A stretch of DNA of 64,000 nt from Octopus sinensis (lineage: Eukaryota), in assembly GCF_006345805.1 (NCBI RefSeq), contig NC_043000.1:92566001-92630000 (forward strand), in the 5' to 3' direction. Shown here piece after piece: positions 12,976 through 26,790 of this stretch. The stretch's first letter is position 1. Every line of letters begins with the position of its first letter. The position numbers and the translations under genes are program-made. The notes below the pieces were generated by a model. The model was given only the letters and a program-made list of their open reading frames with translations, had not been told where the DNA came from and did no database searches.

Positions 12976-13484
12976 TTTTAGATATACACACACACATATA
13001 TATGCATATACATATATACACACACATATATATTATATATATATATACATACATATGTATATACACATATACATAGACACATACATAGTAGTGAATGTGT
13101 TTTAGTGTGCATATATGTGTGGGTGTGTTAATGTTCATATAAGATGAATAATATCAGTGCAGTGGTATGAGAGGCAGATGTGTGGCTGATGCTTTGATTC
13201 TATAGTTCTTGCTCATGGGATTACTCTGTTAATCAAACAAAAAAATATTTGTTTGCATAGGTGTGTGTGTGTGTGTGTATTTATGTGTGTGTTTGAGGGA
13301 GAGTGTATTTATATAACACCACATATATTTGTATTGAGATTCTCTCTCTCTCTCTCACTCAGAATAAAATGTTATATACTTAACATATATAGACATATGT
13401 GTTTGTATATGCTTTTACATATATATATATATTCGCTATACACACACGCACATATATATATATATACACATATATACATACAAG

Positions 13485-13528
<44 letters not shown>

Positions 13529-14089
13529 TATACACATATATGTGTGCATATATATATATATATATGTATGTATGTATATATGTATGTATATGTATATATA
13601 TATATGTGTGTGTGTGTGTATGTATAGAGAATTAGATGCACAAACAAAGACAGGCAGTGTTAAGTGGAAAACATATGATGTCAGTGTGTGTGTGTCTCAT
13701 ATTGAAACCAGAAGAGATGAAAATAAAGACCTGTTTTTTTCCCCAACATTTTGTACTCCAAAGACCCACTGCTGATACTTAATTTCTTTCACTCAGTAGG
13801 CTTTTGTTATTACTTTTCAAATTTTTCAAGTACCACTTGAGGAGAAGAATGAGAGTGAAGGCATTGCTCTTCAGTAAATATTTTGAAAGATATGTGATTG
13901 TTGCAAAATTGGTATGGATGAATGTGTCTCACTTCCCTATATGTTTGTAAGTTGGTGGCAGGCAAGAGCTAGAAGCAGTCACTTTTCTTTAGAGAAAACA
14001 AGTGTCTTAGAAATTCAGTATTGCGTGGTGGGTACCCTCAAACCGTTTTATGTCATTTAGGGTACCCCAAATCATGTTATGTTATTTGA

Positions 14090-14322
14090 AAAACCCATCA
14101 AGCCAAGTGAAATTACAGTTGTGGCTGGTTCTGCTGACATGTAAAAGGCACCTACATTCTTCTCATGGAGTAGTTGGGATCAGAAAGGCATCCAGTCGTA
14201 GAAATCAAACCAAATCAGACTGGAACTAGGTACAGCTTTCCAGTTTACCAGTTCCAGTCAAACCATCTAACCCATGCCAGCATGGAAAGCAGATGTTAAA
14301 TGATGACGATGATGATGATGAT
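14090..14322 (+). mobile_element. RTE-like LINE 3' UTR fragment
   Basis: aaggcatccag...aacccatgccagcatggaaagcagatgttaaatgatgacgatgatg. Confidence 0.65.
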
Positions 14323-14791
14323 ACCCAACATTTGACATAATCTCCTGCATCAGTATTTCGTGATCATTTCCTTTTTGTTATGTTATTATTTTCTATTGTT
14401 ATCATTGTTTAATGTTATCTATTTTATTAATGTGCTCTTACTTATATATTTACATATTTATTTTTTCCAGGTAAATCTTTCATTAGCTTCCGCTTTGTTT
14501 GTGTCTTTTTGTACTTTGCCTTTCAACAATCTGGAAACTTATGGCCATTATTACATTTGTCATCATGACAACCTCTATAAATGGATACATGTGGCTAAGC
14601 AGTTAGGATGTTGCACTCTTGAACATAAAATTGTGGTTTCATTTCCTGGACTGGATGGTGCATTGTGTTCTTGACCAAAGCACTTCATTTCAACTCACTG
14701 CTGTTTGTGCTCATACCACATCTTGCTTCTCTCTATCCCCCATTTATTATTATTATTATTATTATCATTATTATTATTATGTCTGGCAGAG

Positions 14792-15045
14792 TGGAGGCAC
14801 GTGTCCTAGTGGTTAGGGTGTCAGCATCATGATCGTAAGATTATGGTTTCGATTCCTGGACTGGGCGACACATTGTGTTCTTCAGAAAAACACTTCATTT
14901 CACATTACTCCAGTTCACTCAGCTGGTAAAAATGAGCAACACTGTGATGGACTGGTGTCCCGTCCAGCTGGGGAACACATATGCTATAGAAACTGGGAAA
15001 CCGGGCCCATGAGCCTGGCTAGGCTTTGAAAAGGGCACATTTATT
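14792..15045 (+). mobile_element. tRNA-derived SINE, tail type A
   Basis: ggaggcacgtgtcctagtggttagggtg...ggtttcgattcctgg...cactcagctggtaaaaatgag...gatggactggtgtcccgtccag...gggcccatgagcctggctaggc. Confidence 0.85.
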
Positions 15046-15431
15046 TTTTTTTTATGTCTGGCAGAATCATTAGAACGTCAGACAAAATGCTCAGCAGCTA
15101 GGTCCTGGTATTTCTCAATTTTTCCTCAGTATTTTTTTTATATCAACGCTCCTAATAACATGGTACTGCAGTGTCAATGATCTTGCACTTTTTTGCTCAG
15201 GACAATCATATCTGGTCTCTGTCATATCTGTTAGTTTGTAAATGCTGTTTAATTACCATCAAGAAGCTCCTAGTTATGATAGTGGAAGATTCTAACATCT
15301 GAATGAACATTTCTGAAGATGAGGCACTTACCCAACAAGTGGAGCTTGGCAATATTTCTGTTGGTTGATGTTCCGTCAGAATGGAGTGTAAATAACACGT
15401 GAATAAAACTTGGAATAACACTTTTATTAAA

Positions 15432-15780
15432 ATTCTGTTGTGTCTGGGGAGAGTCATTTTCTTTTTGTGTCTTATAATGTAACACACTCACCGGTAAAAT
15501 TTCCAATTATTTCTTAATTATATTTTCCTAAAATTTTCGTTGTGTCTTGCAACCTTTTCAATAGTCTTGACTCTCAAGTCAAGTCAAGAAAGGTTGCAAC
15601 GAAAATTTTAGGAAAATAAAAATAAGAAATAAGTGGAAATTTTACCGGTGAGTGTGTTACATTATAAGGCACAAAAAGAAAATGACTCTCCCCAGACACA
15701 ACAGAATATGCTTCAACACACAAACTCATATAAAGAATCTTGCAAACCAAATCCAAAAACGAAAAACTTTTATTAAAATT
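15432..15780. mobile_element. Fold-back insert with extension and probable target-site duplication
   Basis: Inverted arms 15432-~15571 and ~15583-15707; extension to ~15766; ttttattaaaatt at ~15422-15434 and ~15768-15780. Confidence 0.7.
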
Positions 15781-16203
15781 TCTTTTGAATATACAGTGTG
15801 TTCATAAAAATCATGGTGGGGTTTCAAAACTGTTTATTGATGTAACTTGCAACACTATACATTTCATATCCATGTTGAATAAGAGACCAACTCATTAAGT
15901 TTACATACAGTTTGGGGTAGTTTGATGTGACTTCAATCTATTGCCCTACACACACATTTGGTCGATTCCAGTCAGGTAAGTGAAGTAAACTTTACAGGTA
16001 CACTGTATATCTGCTATTTACTTTGTCCATTCAAAATAGAATGTCTGCTTTGTGGGGAAAATTGAGTGGAATGTGGGATGAAAATAGTTCAGAAACACTG
16101 ATTTAGATTCCATAGAGGATTAAATCAGGTTACCACTCTCTTTATAAATATCTTTGGGCTTTGGATAGAGCTGGATTTTCATCTACGAACACCAACTAAT
16201 AGC

Positions 16204-16428
16204 GAAGGTGCATGAATCAGTGGTTAGAGCATTGATCTCACAGTCATGAGGTAGTGATTTCGATTCCCAGACCGGGCTGCGTGTTGTTTTCTTGAGCAAG
16301 ATACTTTACTTCATGTTGCAATGTGAAATAAAGTGTCTTGCTCAAAAAACACAATACACAGCCTGGCCTGGAATTGAACTCACTCCCTATTGATTACGAG
16401 TCTGACAAACCACTGAACTATATGCCTA
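16204..16428. mobile_element. Two tRNA-SINE 5' halves joined in inverted orientation
   Basis: Forward head to cttgagcaagatactttacttcatgttgc, then reverse caatgtgaaataaagtgtcttgctcaa...aaccactgaactatatgcct. Confidence 0.7.
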
Positions 16429-16799
16429 TATGTATATATATATCTATACACACACACGTACGCAAATTTATAGATATCTTATATTTGGTATATACATGTG
16501 TGTATGTATATCTATCTCTCTATCTATCTATCTATATATATATATATATGCATTTGCATACATACATTCACATAATAACCAATCCTCTACATCCTACCCT
16601 ACCAACACCACTCTTACATGCACAAAACATTGAGAGAATGAAAGAATTAAACCCTTGTTAAAAGATGATGAAATGCTTCTTCCTTCCTTCATCTTAATCT
16701 AATCACCAATGCCAGTAGTTATGGAATTTATTCTGGGTTGAATATGGAAGTATTCAGTTATATATTTGCTTATTTTATTACATTCTTCCAGTATTATTA

Positions 16800-16849
<50 letters not shown>

Positions 16850-16929
16850 TTATTATTATTATTATTATTATCCTTATCATTACTGTTATCATTTTCATCA
16901 TCATCATCATTGGCGCCGCCGTCGTCGTT

Positions 16930-16962
<33 letters not shown>

Positions 16963-17029
16963 GAAAGAAAGATTATTGTAGTTACTGTTATCATTAGTTT
17001 ATTTCTTTTATTTTGTGTGTGTGTGTGTG

Positions 17030-17079
<50 letters not shown>

Positions 17080-18016
17080 AGGAATATCATGTTTCAATTG
17101 TTGTTTTAACAGGAAAGATTTTTTATTTTCCCCCCACTTCAATATTTTAATATAAATAAATTTTCTGAAAGTATTCTTAATGGAAGTAAAGAAATCACTT
17201 TGGTAAAATATCTTGGGATTTATGTGGATGGTTATAAATAAGGAGAATGAGGAAATGAAGAATATGGAAAGAGTATATAATAAAAATACATAATGAATAA
17301 GTTAAAAATATCTACAATATTACATGAGTCTTTCAGGTAGTTTTTGTGTCTGTAGAGAAAGAACAAAGCTATTGTTCCACTTTGTATTATTTGTTATTTA
17401 TTTGTTGTGCTGGTCTGTGGTAAAGAATTAAGAAATTGAAACTGACTTGGTAGAAGTCACTATAGTAACACTAGTTGTTTTAGATACCTACAAGGAGGTG
17501 CTAGAAAGTTCTTGGCTTTGGGTGAAAAAAAAAAATTCAGAAGGATCAGTTAATTATGATTTTATGCAATATATTCCCCTCTTAGATTCACAAACTTATT
17601 GCAGTGGTCCTTCAAGAACTCAGAAGGTTGGGCTTCCTTTTGTGATACCCTTAAAACCAGGAAATTTTCAGCACTCTCATATGTGAGTGTGAGCCAATGA
17701 ATTCATTCATTCTTAGTCTGTACCCGTTTGATCCAGTAGAATATTCAAGATGTGACAGCCAGAGATGGAGAAAGAAGTGTTCCAGCACTTGGTTGGTACT
17801 CATTGCTGTCAAGAGTAGCATAGTGAACTTCTAAGAGTGAGTGAGAGTGTGAGCCCATAAAAAAAGGCACTGTGATACATACCAAACAATCTTTAACTCA
17901 TTTCTCTGATATTACGCTAAATATTTCACAAGTTATAATATATGTAATTGTAGTCTTACATTCGTTAATTGCATGCATGAATGCGTATGTGTGTGAGTGT
18001 GCTTACATGTATGCAT

Positions 18017-18430
18017 ATCATCATCATCATTTAACGTCCGTTTTCCAAGCTAGCATAGGTTGGACGATATGACTGAGGACTGGCGAATCAGATGACTACA
18101 CCAGGCTCCAATCTTGATCTGGGAGAGTTTCTACAGCTGGATGCCCTTCCTAATGCCAACCACTCTGAGAGTGTAGTGGGTGCTTTTATGTGCCACCGGC
18201 ACGAGGGTCAGTCTGGCGGTACTGGCAATGGCCACGCTCAAATGGTGTATTTTACATGCCACCTGCACAGGAGCCAGTCCAGCAGCACTGGCAACAACCT
18301 TGCTTGAATGTTTCTTCATGTGCCACCGGCATGAGTGCCAGTAAGGCAACATTGATAATGATCACACTTGAATGGTGCTTTCTACGTGCTACCAGTACTG
18401 AAGCCAGTTAGCTGCTTTGGCAATGATCAG
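18017..18430 (-). mobile_element. RTE-like LINE 3' UTR with internal tandem subrepeats
   Basis: catcatttaacgtccgttttcc...ggatgcccttcctaatgccaaccactc, then repeated gtgccaccggcac-type units. Confidence 0.75.
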
Positions 18431-19165
18431 TTTTAAATACCCATTCAATAGAGGCACATGGCTTAGTGGCAAAGGTGTTGCACTCATGAATGTAAGATTG
18501 TGGTTTCAATTCTTGGACTGAGTGAGGCGTTGTCTTCTTGAGCAAAATATTTGTTTTAATGTTACTCCATTTTATGTAACAGTAATCCTGCAATGGACTG
18601 GCATTCTGTCCAGTAGGGAATATATACACTTCAGAACCCAGGAGACTGGCCTTATGAGCTATGGCTCAGGAAGGACCTTTGGTCATTTTTCTTTTGAAAC
18701 AGCCATTCACTCAACTGCTGACAACCATCCAGGTGACTACTGAATCAATTAAGTTTGTAGTATTTGATTAAATTTACCAAGCACCCGTCAAACTGACAGC
18801 AATTATCATATCTCTCAGCCAATCACCTAACCACACTCTCCCAGTGAGAAACAACGGATGTCCACTAATGGGGAAAGAGGGCTCAGTTGATTCACAAATG
18901 TCGGATCCTATACAAGATCACTTGACCAAGCTTATACCAACTGAGAAAAAAGAACACACTGACTGACAAGATTATGGATGCAATATGTACTGGAAACCCC
19001 TATGATTTCTATTTCAAATGCTTTTAAAATGGAAGTCAAGAATTATTGGGTATTTCTGTTGTGTATCTGACATTTAGTATAGTAAATTCCTACATATTGG
19101 GTGGATCATAAATCACACACCAAAACATTTGACATTTTATTCTTATATTATGTTATTATTATTAT

Positions 19166-19714
19166 TGAGTGAGAGAGCAGTGCATGCCATCAAGGTGACA
19201 CTGGGGTAAAATATACGAAGCCCAGTGTACCCATCATGACTACCCGTCTGATAAGGGTACACCAGGCACATTCATCACAACCATGTGTGCACGACATGGT
19301 GATCTCATATCAAGATAAACAGTGCATGACCTTGCAGGTGGGGCCCAGTTAGAATTTTCTTCTGGTGAGTAGCCCATCCCACTCAAAAGGTCCCTGAATA
19401 AGGATTGTTTAAGGATGTTAACAAAACACCCATGTTTCCAAAGGTGAATTATCCAAACCTCCAAGAATTCCTTTCAACACACGGCTGTGATGCTCCTCCA
19501 CTACTTCTGCACATGATCAGATATGCGCATATCGTCAGCCACTAAGGGACATGTTCAACTGGTTAAGGTCAAACAACTAACAAGCAAATCTGTAGTATTG
19601 AGCAGAATATTTGCTGTAGCCCATCTTTTATACCAAGACAAAACAATGTATATGATAATACTTTCAATCAGTTAAGATCAGAAGCCACGAGAGCCACTGC
19701 CTGGGACTGCATCA
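19166..19714. mobile_element. ~550-bp non-coding repeat embedded in (TTA)n, copy 1
   Basis: Collinear with 25319-25858 and 47670-48202; near-identical termini gagtgagagagcagtgcatgcc ... ctgcatca(gggcat). Confidence 0.85.
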
Positions 19715-19738
19715 TTGTTGTTATTATTATTATTATTA

Positions 19739-19794
<56 letters not shown>

Positions 19795-20204
19795 TAATTA
19801 ATTAAATATTTTTTTCCTCCTGCACAAGTATGTGTGTATTCATCATTATTTTGTTTATTTTAGAAAATTTTAGAAAAATTAGAACATGTCTTTCATAATT
19901 CCAGAGCATATTGCAATTATTTTTCTGTCTAGTCATGATGGTGCAACCAATAAAACCATTGCTGACACTTTGAACCAAAAGCATCATGGAGAAGCCATAT
20001 CAATTAGTCCAAAGTGACCACTCTGTGGTATTAAATGAGACACATGCATTGGTCATAAATAAGCTTGAAAAAAAGTCCAAAGAAATCAGTGTGAAGGTCA
20101 CCTCCGGAAATTTGTGTTCATCATGCAACAATGTGATGAATAATAAAAGCTACAGATGATGACAATTTTGAACACTAGGGATCATACTGTTGACATTTTC
20201 TAAT

Positions 20205-20448
20205 TTACTCTTTTACTCTCTTTTATTCATTTACTTCTTTCAGGCATTTGACTGTGGCCATGCTGAAGCACCACTTTTAGGTGAGCAAATCGACCCCAGG
20301 ACTTATTCTTTGTAAGCCTAGTACTTATTCTATCAGTCTATTTGGCCAAACCGCTAAGTTATAGAGATGTAAACACACCTGCATCGGTTGTCAAGCAATG
20401 TTGGGGGGACAAGCACAGACACACAAGCATATACACACACATATATAC

Positions 20449-20488
<40 letters not shown>

Positions 20489-20510
20489 CGGGCTTCTTTC
20501 AGTTTCTGAA
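20205..20510 (-). mobile_element. CORE-like SINE, 3' part
   Basis: tttgactgtggccatgctg..cgaccccaggacttattctttgtaagcctagtac...gacgggcttctttcagtttc. Confidence 0.8.
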
Positions 20511-20610
20511 ATAGGAAGTGATGTCTTTACCAAATTAATAAAAGGACTAACTGGCAGATAAATTTATAAACACAATATGTATGAAAAATGACATACAAAT
20601 ATATGCATAT

Positions 20611-21072
20611 ATATTATCTAAAACATACAGTATTATATATTCTTTATGGCTGATCTTACCAATTGGCTTTGTGCTAGAGATTCAATGGGGTGTTAGGTAA
20701 CAATCCAATTATGTAACCCTATTCTCATCAGAGGTAACTGAAATGAAAAATGAGACTGCTCTCTGTCGTTGGAGGGGAATAGACACATCCAGTTTGTGCA
20801 TCCTTTTCACAGCAACTGCAAACCAGATGTGTCTATCATTCATCTCCAACAATAGAGAGCAGTCACTATTTTTATTCCATATCAGCTACCTCTGATGAGC
20901 ATAGGGTTACATAATCGAATTGTTACCTAACACTCTGCTGAATTCCTAGCACAAAACTGGTTAGTAAGATCGGCTGTGATAGATATATAATACTCTACAC
21001 TTCAGATAATATACCCACTCTATTGATATATGAGTGCATTTTTTCTTGACTTATAGACTCTTAGACCACTTA
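20611..21072. mobile_element. Fold-back insert (Penelope-like derivative, inferred)
   Basis: Imperfect arms 20611-20796 and 20819-21012; right arm has ctctgatgag; extension to ~21072 before (CA)n. Confidence 0.65.
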
Positions 21073-21116
21073 CACTCACTCACTCACACACACACGCACA
21101 CACATACACACACACA

Positions 21117-21178
<62 letters not shown>

Positions 21179-21435
21179 GCTTGTTGGTAGCTGGAATGCT
21201 TTTGGTTATGAATCTAGACTGCGAAGGTTGACCATTGGCTAAACACCAACCAAAAAACTAGACAGCAAGTCAATGGAAAGTTTTGTTAGATTACAATTTC
21301 AGTTTGATTAGGAACATATTAGTTTCACAGAAGTTTTGGTATTCACTTTTAGGCAGTGTCCCATGCGATATTGGTGGGGAAGGGAACAACTAGGAAACAA
21401 AAACATATAAAACACAAAATAACAACTACGACAAT

Positions 21436-21500
<65 letters not shown>

Positions 21501-22139
21501 TAAAAAGTGAGGAAAAGAGATAAAAGGCCATTTGCCCATTAGCTATCACATGCGTACGTACATGCATGCATATGAATGGTGTGTATTTACACGTACGTAC
21601 GCATGTATGAGTCTCTGTAGCTTTAGTGATTCACTTCTCACAATGTATGTACAGCGATCAGAAATTGATTTAACAACAACAACAACAACAATAATAATTG
21701 TAATAATAAAAAAATGAACAAACAATAGTAAAAATTATAAATATTAAACATAAGAAACAAATGAATATATATACAAATATAATATGTGTGTGCGTGTGCA
21801 TGTGTGTGCGTGTGCATGTGTGTGTATGTGTGAATCTATATTATATGTATAAATACATATATATAACTGTATGTTCAATAAATAAATAAATGTGATTTGA
21901 TAGCAGGAATAGACTAAAATATAGAATATGATTGTAATAAAATAAAAATACAATAAAATATAAGTAGAGTTTGCAGAAGATGAAAACTAAATATTAAGGT
22001 TTGTGATGAAATAAAATATAAACAAACATACAACTTAAACCTGAGATGTTTTCAACAACAATATGAAAATTCCAGACAAAAACAAATGATATATGTCTGT
22101 ACATGTGTGCACATGTGTATGTGTTTGCATAGAAGTGCA

Positions 22140-22159
22140 TATGTATGAGTATGTACATG

Positions 22160-22191
<32 letters not shown>

Positions 22192-22413
22192 AATATATAA
22201 ATATATATACACATAAATATACATACCTATATAAAGATATATATACACACACATAAATATATAAATATATATAACATAAAATATACATAAATATATAAAT
22301 ATATATATGAATGTATATATATATATATATATATTTACACATGTATGTATTCATATATGTGTATGTATATATGTATATATATATATATGTATATGCACAC
22401 ATATATATACATG

Positions 22414-22470
<57 letters not shown>

Positions 22471-22487
22471 ATATATATATACATATA

Positions 22488-22526
<39 letters not shown>

Positions 22527-22530
22527 GTAG
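22140..22530. repeat. Imperfect (TA)n microsatellite
   Basis: Directly visible. Confidence 0.95.
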
Positions 22531-23485
22531 GTATGTATATGAAGCAAGAGTATATTCATATATGTATGTTAATACATAAGCATATACATATATTTACATG
22601 CTTAGATATTTATGTATATATTTGAAAACTAAATTATAGATTTCTTGGAATTTACATTTGTATATATAAGAATATATCTATACATATGCTTATGACATGC
22701 ACATATGTACATGCATATGTACATGCACATACAGATATACATGCATACACACAAATCCGTTCAGTCTCATGCACACTGAGTGTATATATATCACAAATAT
22801 ATTATACACTTATTTATAATACATATAAACAGGCATGATTTATACATACATTCCGGCACATATACACACACATACCTATAACTATGTTATACAAGTATAT
22901 ATTACATGTAATTAGATATTAAAATGTTTGAGTATTTGCGTGTATGTGAATATATGCATACATATACATGTGTGAGTGTAAATATGTGTGTGTGTGTGTG
23001 TGTGTGCGTGTAACTATGTGAATATGTGTATGTGTATAGATATATATATATATGTATATATATAAATATGTAAGTATATATGCATGAATGTATGTATGTA
23101 CGAATATTCTTATATTTAGGAAAAGACATGTAGATATGTATGTATAGCAAACCTACCTGCCATGTTGCATAAACACATACATATATGGAGATAAGCATAT
23201 CTCTAGCAAATAACATTAGTGCATATATACATATATACATATATAAAATAGATATACATATATATATATATATATAATATATATACATACACACATACAT
23301 ATATACATATATACATATGTGTATATATTATATATATATATAGCTTTTTATTTATGTATTTATTCTTTTCACCTATTAACCTGCTGAAATTCTCACATGA
23401 TAGCTGTCACTCCAATGTCACAGATACATAAAAAAAATCTAGTATAAAGTAAGAGAGCATCAATCATGTGGATCATTTGGGGATT

Positions 23486-23487
<2 letters not shown>

Positions 23488-23523
<36 letters not shown>

Positions 23524-23885
23524 TATCATCATCGTCGTCGTTGTCATGGTCATCATCAACATTATTATCATCAGCATTGAAGTTGACATTGTTATTGCTG
23601 TTAGCATCATCGCCATCATCATTGCCATCGTCGTCTTCGTCCTCCTCATTGTCATCATCACCATCATAGTCATCATGACCATGGACATAAATATAATCAC
23701 CATCATCATTGTATCGCCAGTATCTGCGCTGCCATAATTTTCACCACCATTATCATCATCTTTGTCATAATCACCATCACTTTTGCCATCATCATTGTCA
23801 TCACCGTCGTCGTCGTCGTCATCGCTATCATCATCATCATCATCGTCGTCGTCGTCATCGTCATCATCATAGTAAACATCATCAT
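23488..23885. repeat. Degenerate (CAT/CGT)n trinucleotide array
   Basis: Directly visible; gives poly-D/S/H/I ORFs in several frames. Confidence 0.9.
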
Positions 23886-24599
23886 AGCAATCAAAAAGCA
23901 TTACCAAGAATATGATCCTCAATGCAAACAGAATATCAGCCAAGGAGATGCCACTTACACTTTGTTGTCTGGCTAATCCTTTATCTCTGGTGTTTATTGA
24001 CTAATCCCATAGATGGTAGTCTTCTTCTAGAGACATGATTCTAAGTTTAGCATGGTGAAATGGTGAAGAAGTTTGCTTCACAACCAAGAGGTCACAGGTT
24101 CAATCCTACTGCATGCCATCATTGGTATATGTCATTATATTCTGAGTTGATTCATACCATGTGAGTGAAACTGAGTAGACAAAAGTTGTAGAGAATTGTG
24201 TAGGCTCTTGATCCCTTTTTGCTCAAGACCCCTCTTTGATTTCTCTTTTATTCTCCTAGACACCCATAGCCATTTGATATTTATATGGCATTTTCATAAT
24301 CATATAAAAATATGTTCATAGCAGAGCAATGGTCCAACCCATGCTAGCATGGAAAACAGACGCTAAACGACGATGATGATGATGATGTTAAAATATTTTG
24401 TTTAGTCATGGCTGCGTGGTAAGAAGCTTGCTCTCCAACCACATGACTCCAGGTTCAGTCTCACTGCATAGTAAATTGGGAAAGTGTCTTCTAGTATAGC
24501 CTTGGTCCAACAAAAGCCTTGTAAGTGGATTTGGTAGACAGAAACTGAAAGAAGCCCATCATGTATATATAAATGAATATATATAAATATATATATATA

Positions 24600-24900
24600 T
24601 ATATGATGGACTCTTCCATCATTAGATGACATATGATGGTTTGACAATTTCTTACCGAAAAAACACATAGAATATTTGTTTATAGTGATCAAATGTTTGT
24701 GTAGACACAAGCTCACTCGCTCCATCAAATCAACGTTACCTGTACAGGTGCAACGGGGTGCCACATGTAAGATGTCAAAATGATTTCAGAGCAACATGAA
24801 ATGAAGTGCTTTGCTCAAGAACACAATGCAATGCTCCATCTGGGAATCAAACCCATGATCTAGCAATCGTGAGTGCATCACCTTAACCACTAAGTCATGC

Positions 24901-24905
<5 letters not shown>
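24600..24905 (-). mobile_element. tRNA-derived SINE, tail type D
   Basis: Reverse head (taaccactaagtcatgcacctt) with tail atggac..ccat..gatgac...tagtgatcaaatg...ctccatcaa, shared with 32430-32705. Confidence 0.65.
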
Positions 24906-24942
<37 letters not shown>

Positions 24943-25318
24943 CATATATATATATACATTATATAATATATATATATATATACATATTATTATATAATAT
25001 ATATATATATATACATATATATATTTACATATATATATGCATATATATATACATATATATTTACATATATATGCATATATATACATATATATATACATAT
25101 ATAATAATAATATATATATATATATATAGATAATATATTATATATACATATATATACATACACACATATATATATTTACATACATATATATATAACATAT
25201 ATAGTTATGTACTGGAGTCGATGTAATCAACTAGTTCCCTCCCCCAAAATTTCAGGCCTTGTGCCTATAATACAAAGGATTATCATTATTATTATTTTTA
25301 TTATTATTACTATTATTA

Positions 25319-25858
25319 AAGTGAGAGGGCAGTACATGCCATCAAAGTGACACTGGGGTAAAATATACAAAGCCCAGTATACCTGTCATGACTACTCGTC
25401 TTATAATGGTACACCATGCACATGCATCACAACCATATGTGCACAACATGGTGGTATCATATCAAGATAAACAGTGCATGACCTTGCATGTGGGGTCTAG
25501 ATAGAATTTTCTTCTGGTTGAGTAGCTCATCCTGAATAAAGGTTGTTTAAGGATGTTGAACAAAACACCCATGTTTCCAGAGGTAAATTATTCAAACTCT
25601 AAAGAATTCCTCAATACATAGTTTTGTTGCTCCTCCACTACTTCTGCTCATGATCAGAGGCATGAATATCATCAGCCACTAAGGGACGTGCTCAACTGGT
25701 TACGGTCAAGCAATTGATTAGTAAATCTGTGGTATTGAGCAAAATATTTGCTGTAGCCCATCTTTTATACCTAATACAAAACAGGAACATAATAACACTT
25801 CCAATCAGTTATGATCAGAAGCCATGAGAGCCAGTGCCTGGCCCTGCATCAGGGCATT
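25319..25858. mobile_element. ~550-bp non-coding repeat embedded in (TTA)n, copy 2
   Basis: Collinear with 19166-19714. Confidence 0.85.
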
Positions 25859-26029
25859 TATTATTATCATTATATAATTGTTCAAAATTTTGGTAGTTTA
25901 AGGCAAATTTCTACTGCATCATCTGCTACACCTCCATGTTGCTGAGTTGTGTGCAGTATTGCGTCTCCTTTCTCTGTTGCTAGGAGTGCACAAACTCTTC
26001 CAGTATTGTATTGTGTTTTTATTTTTTTC

Positions 26030-26345
26030 TCTTGAGGTGTGGTGTGGTTTTTTTTTATGTGCTACTGCTTGTATTATGTGTTGAGTGTGTAATACGTTAG
26101 TTATTGGATTGCTGGTGGAAGTTTATTTTACTGGATAATTGCTGTATAGACTGTGTCTTATGTTCATGGGTTGTTTTGTTTAGGTTGTATTATTGAATTG
26201 ATAGTGTCTTGCGTAGGATGTGGAATGTTCCTAGCAGAGCAATTTTTTTGCATAATGTGAAGTGTTGAGGATCCAGGTATAGCTTCTACGTTTTTGACCA
26301 TATGTACTTTTTATCATGCTTAGAGCTCCAGTTATTGTTGGTATA
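26030..26345 (-). mobile_element. Diverged R4/Dong-like LINE 3' end
   Basis: Minus strand IPTITGALSMIK ... KIALLGTFHILRKTLSIQ* with frameshifts. Confidence 0.65.
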
Positions 26346-26529
26346 AAATAAGTACCAGTCAAGCACAGGTGTCAAAATAATCGACTTACACCTTCTGCGA
26401 AAATTGGTAACATTGTGCCAAAATTTCAAACCATTAGTACTATACATTGAGCTCAGACATTTCCGAGGTCATCTTTGCTTTCATCTTTCTGAGGCTAAAA
26501 TATAGTACCACTTAAACATTGAAGCTCAT

Positions 26530-26746
26530 TTAACTCTTTTGATACCAACTCACCCAAGACTACTTCCAGTTCTATAATACAAACTTCGACTGTGTGGTAA
26601 GTAGCTTGCTTACCAACCACATGGTTCCAGGTTCAGTCCCACAGCATGGTACCTTGGGCAAGTGTCTTCAACTATAGCCTCGGGCCGACCAAAGCCTTGT
26701 GAGTGGATTTGGTAGATGGAAACTGAAAGAAGCCCATCATATATAC

Positions 26747-26790
<44 letters not shown>

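Noticed and set aside
15791-16008. Possible Tc1-like MITE (tacagtgt...acactgta)
   Set aside because: Terminal match is short and there is no second copy or coding remnant.
23473-23943. Asp/Met-rich ORF superficially like a biomineralisation or reflectin-type protein
   Set aside because: Degenerate (CAT)n repeat open in multiple frames; no conserved motif recognised.
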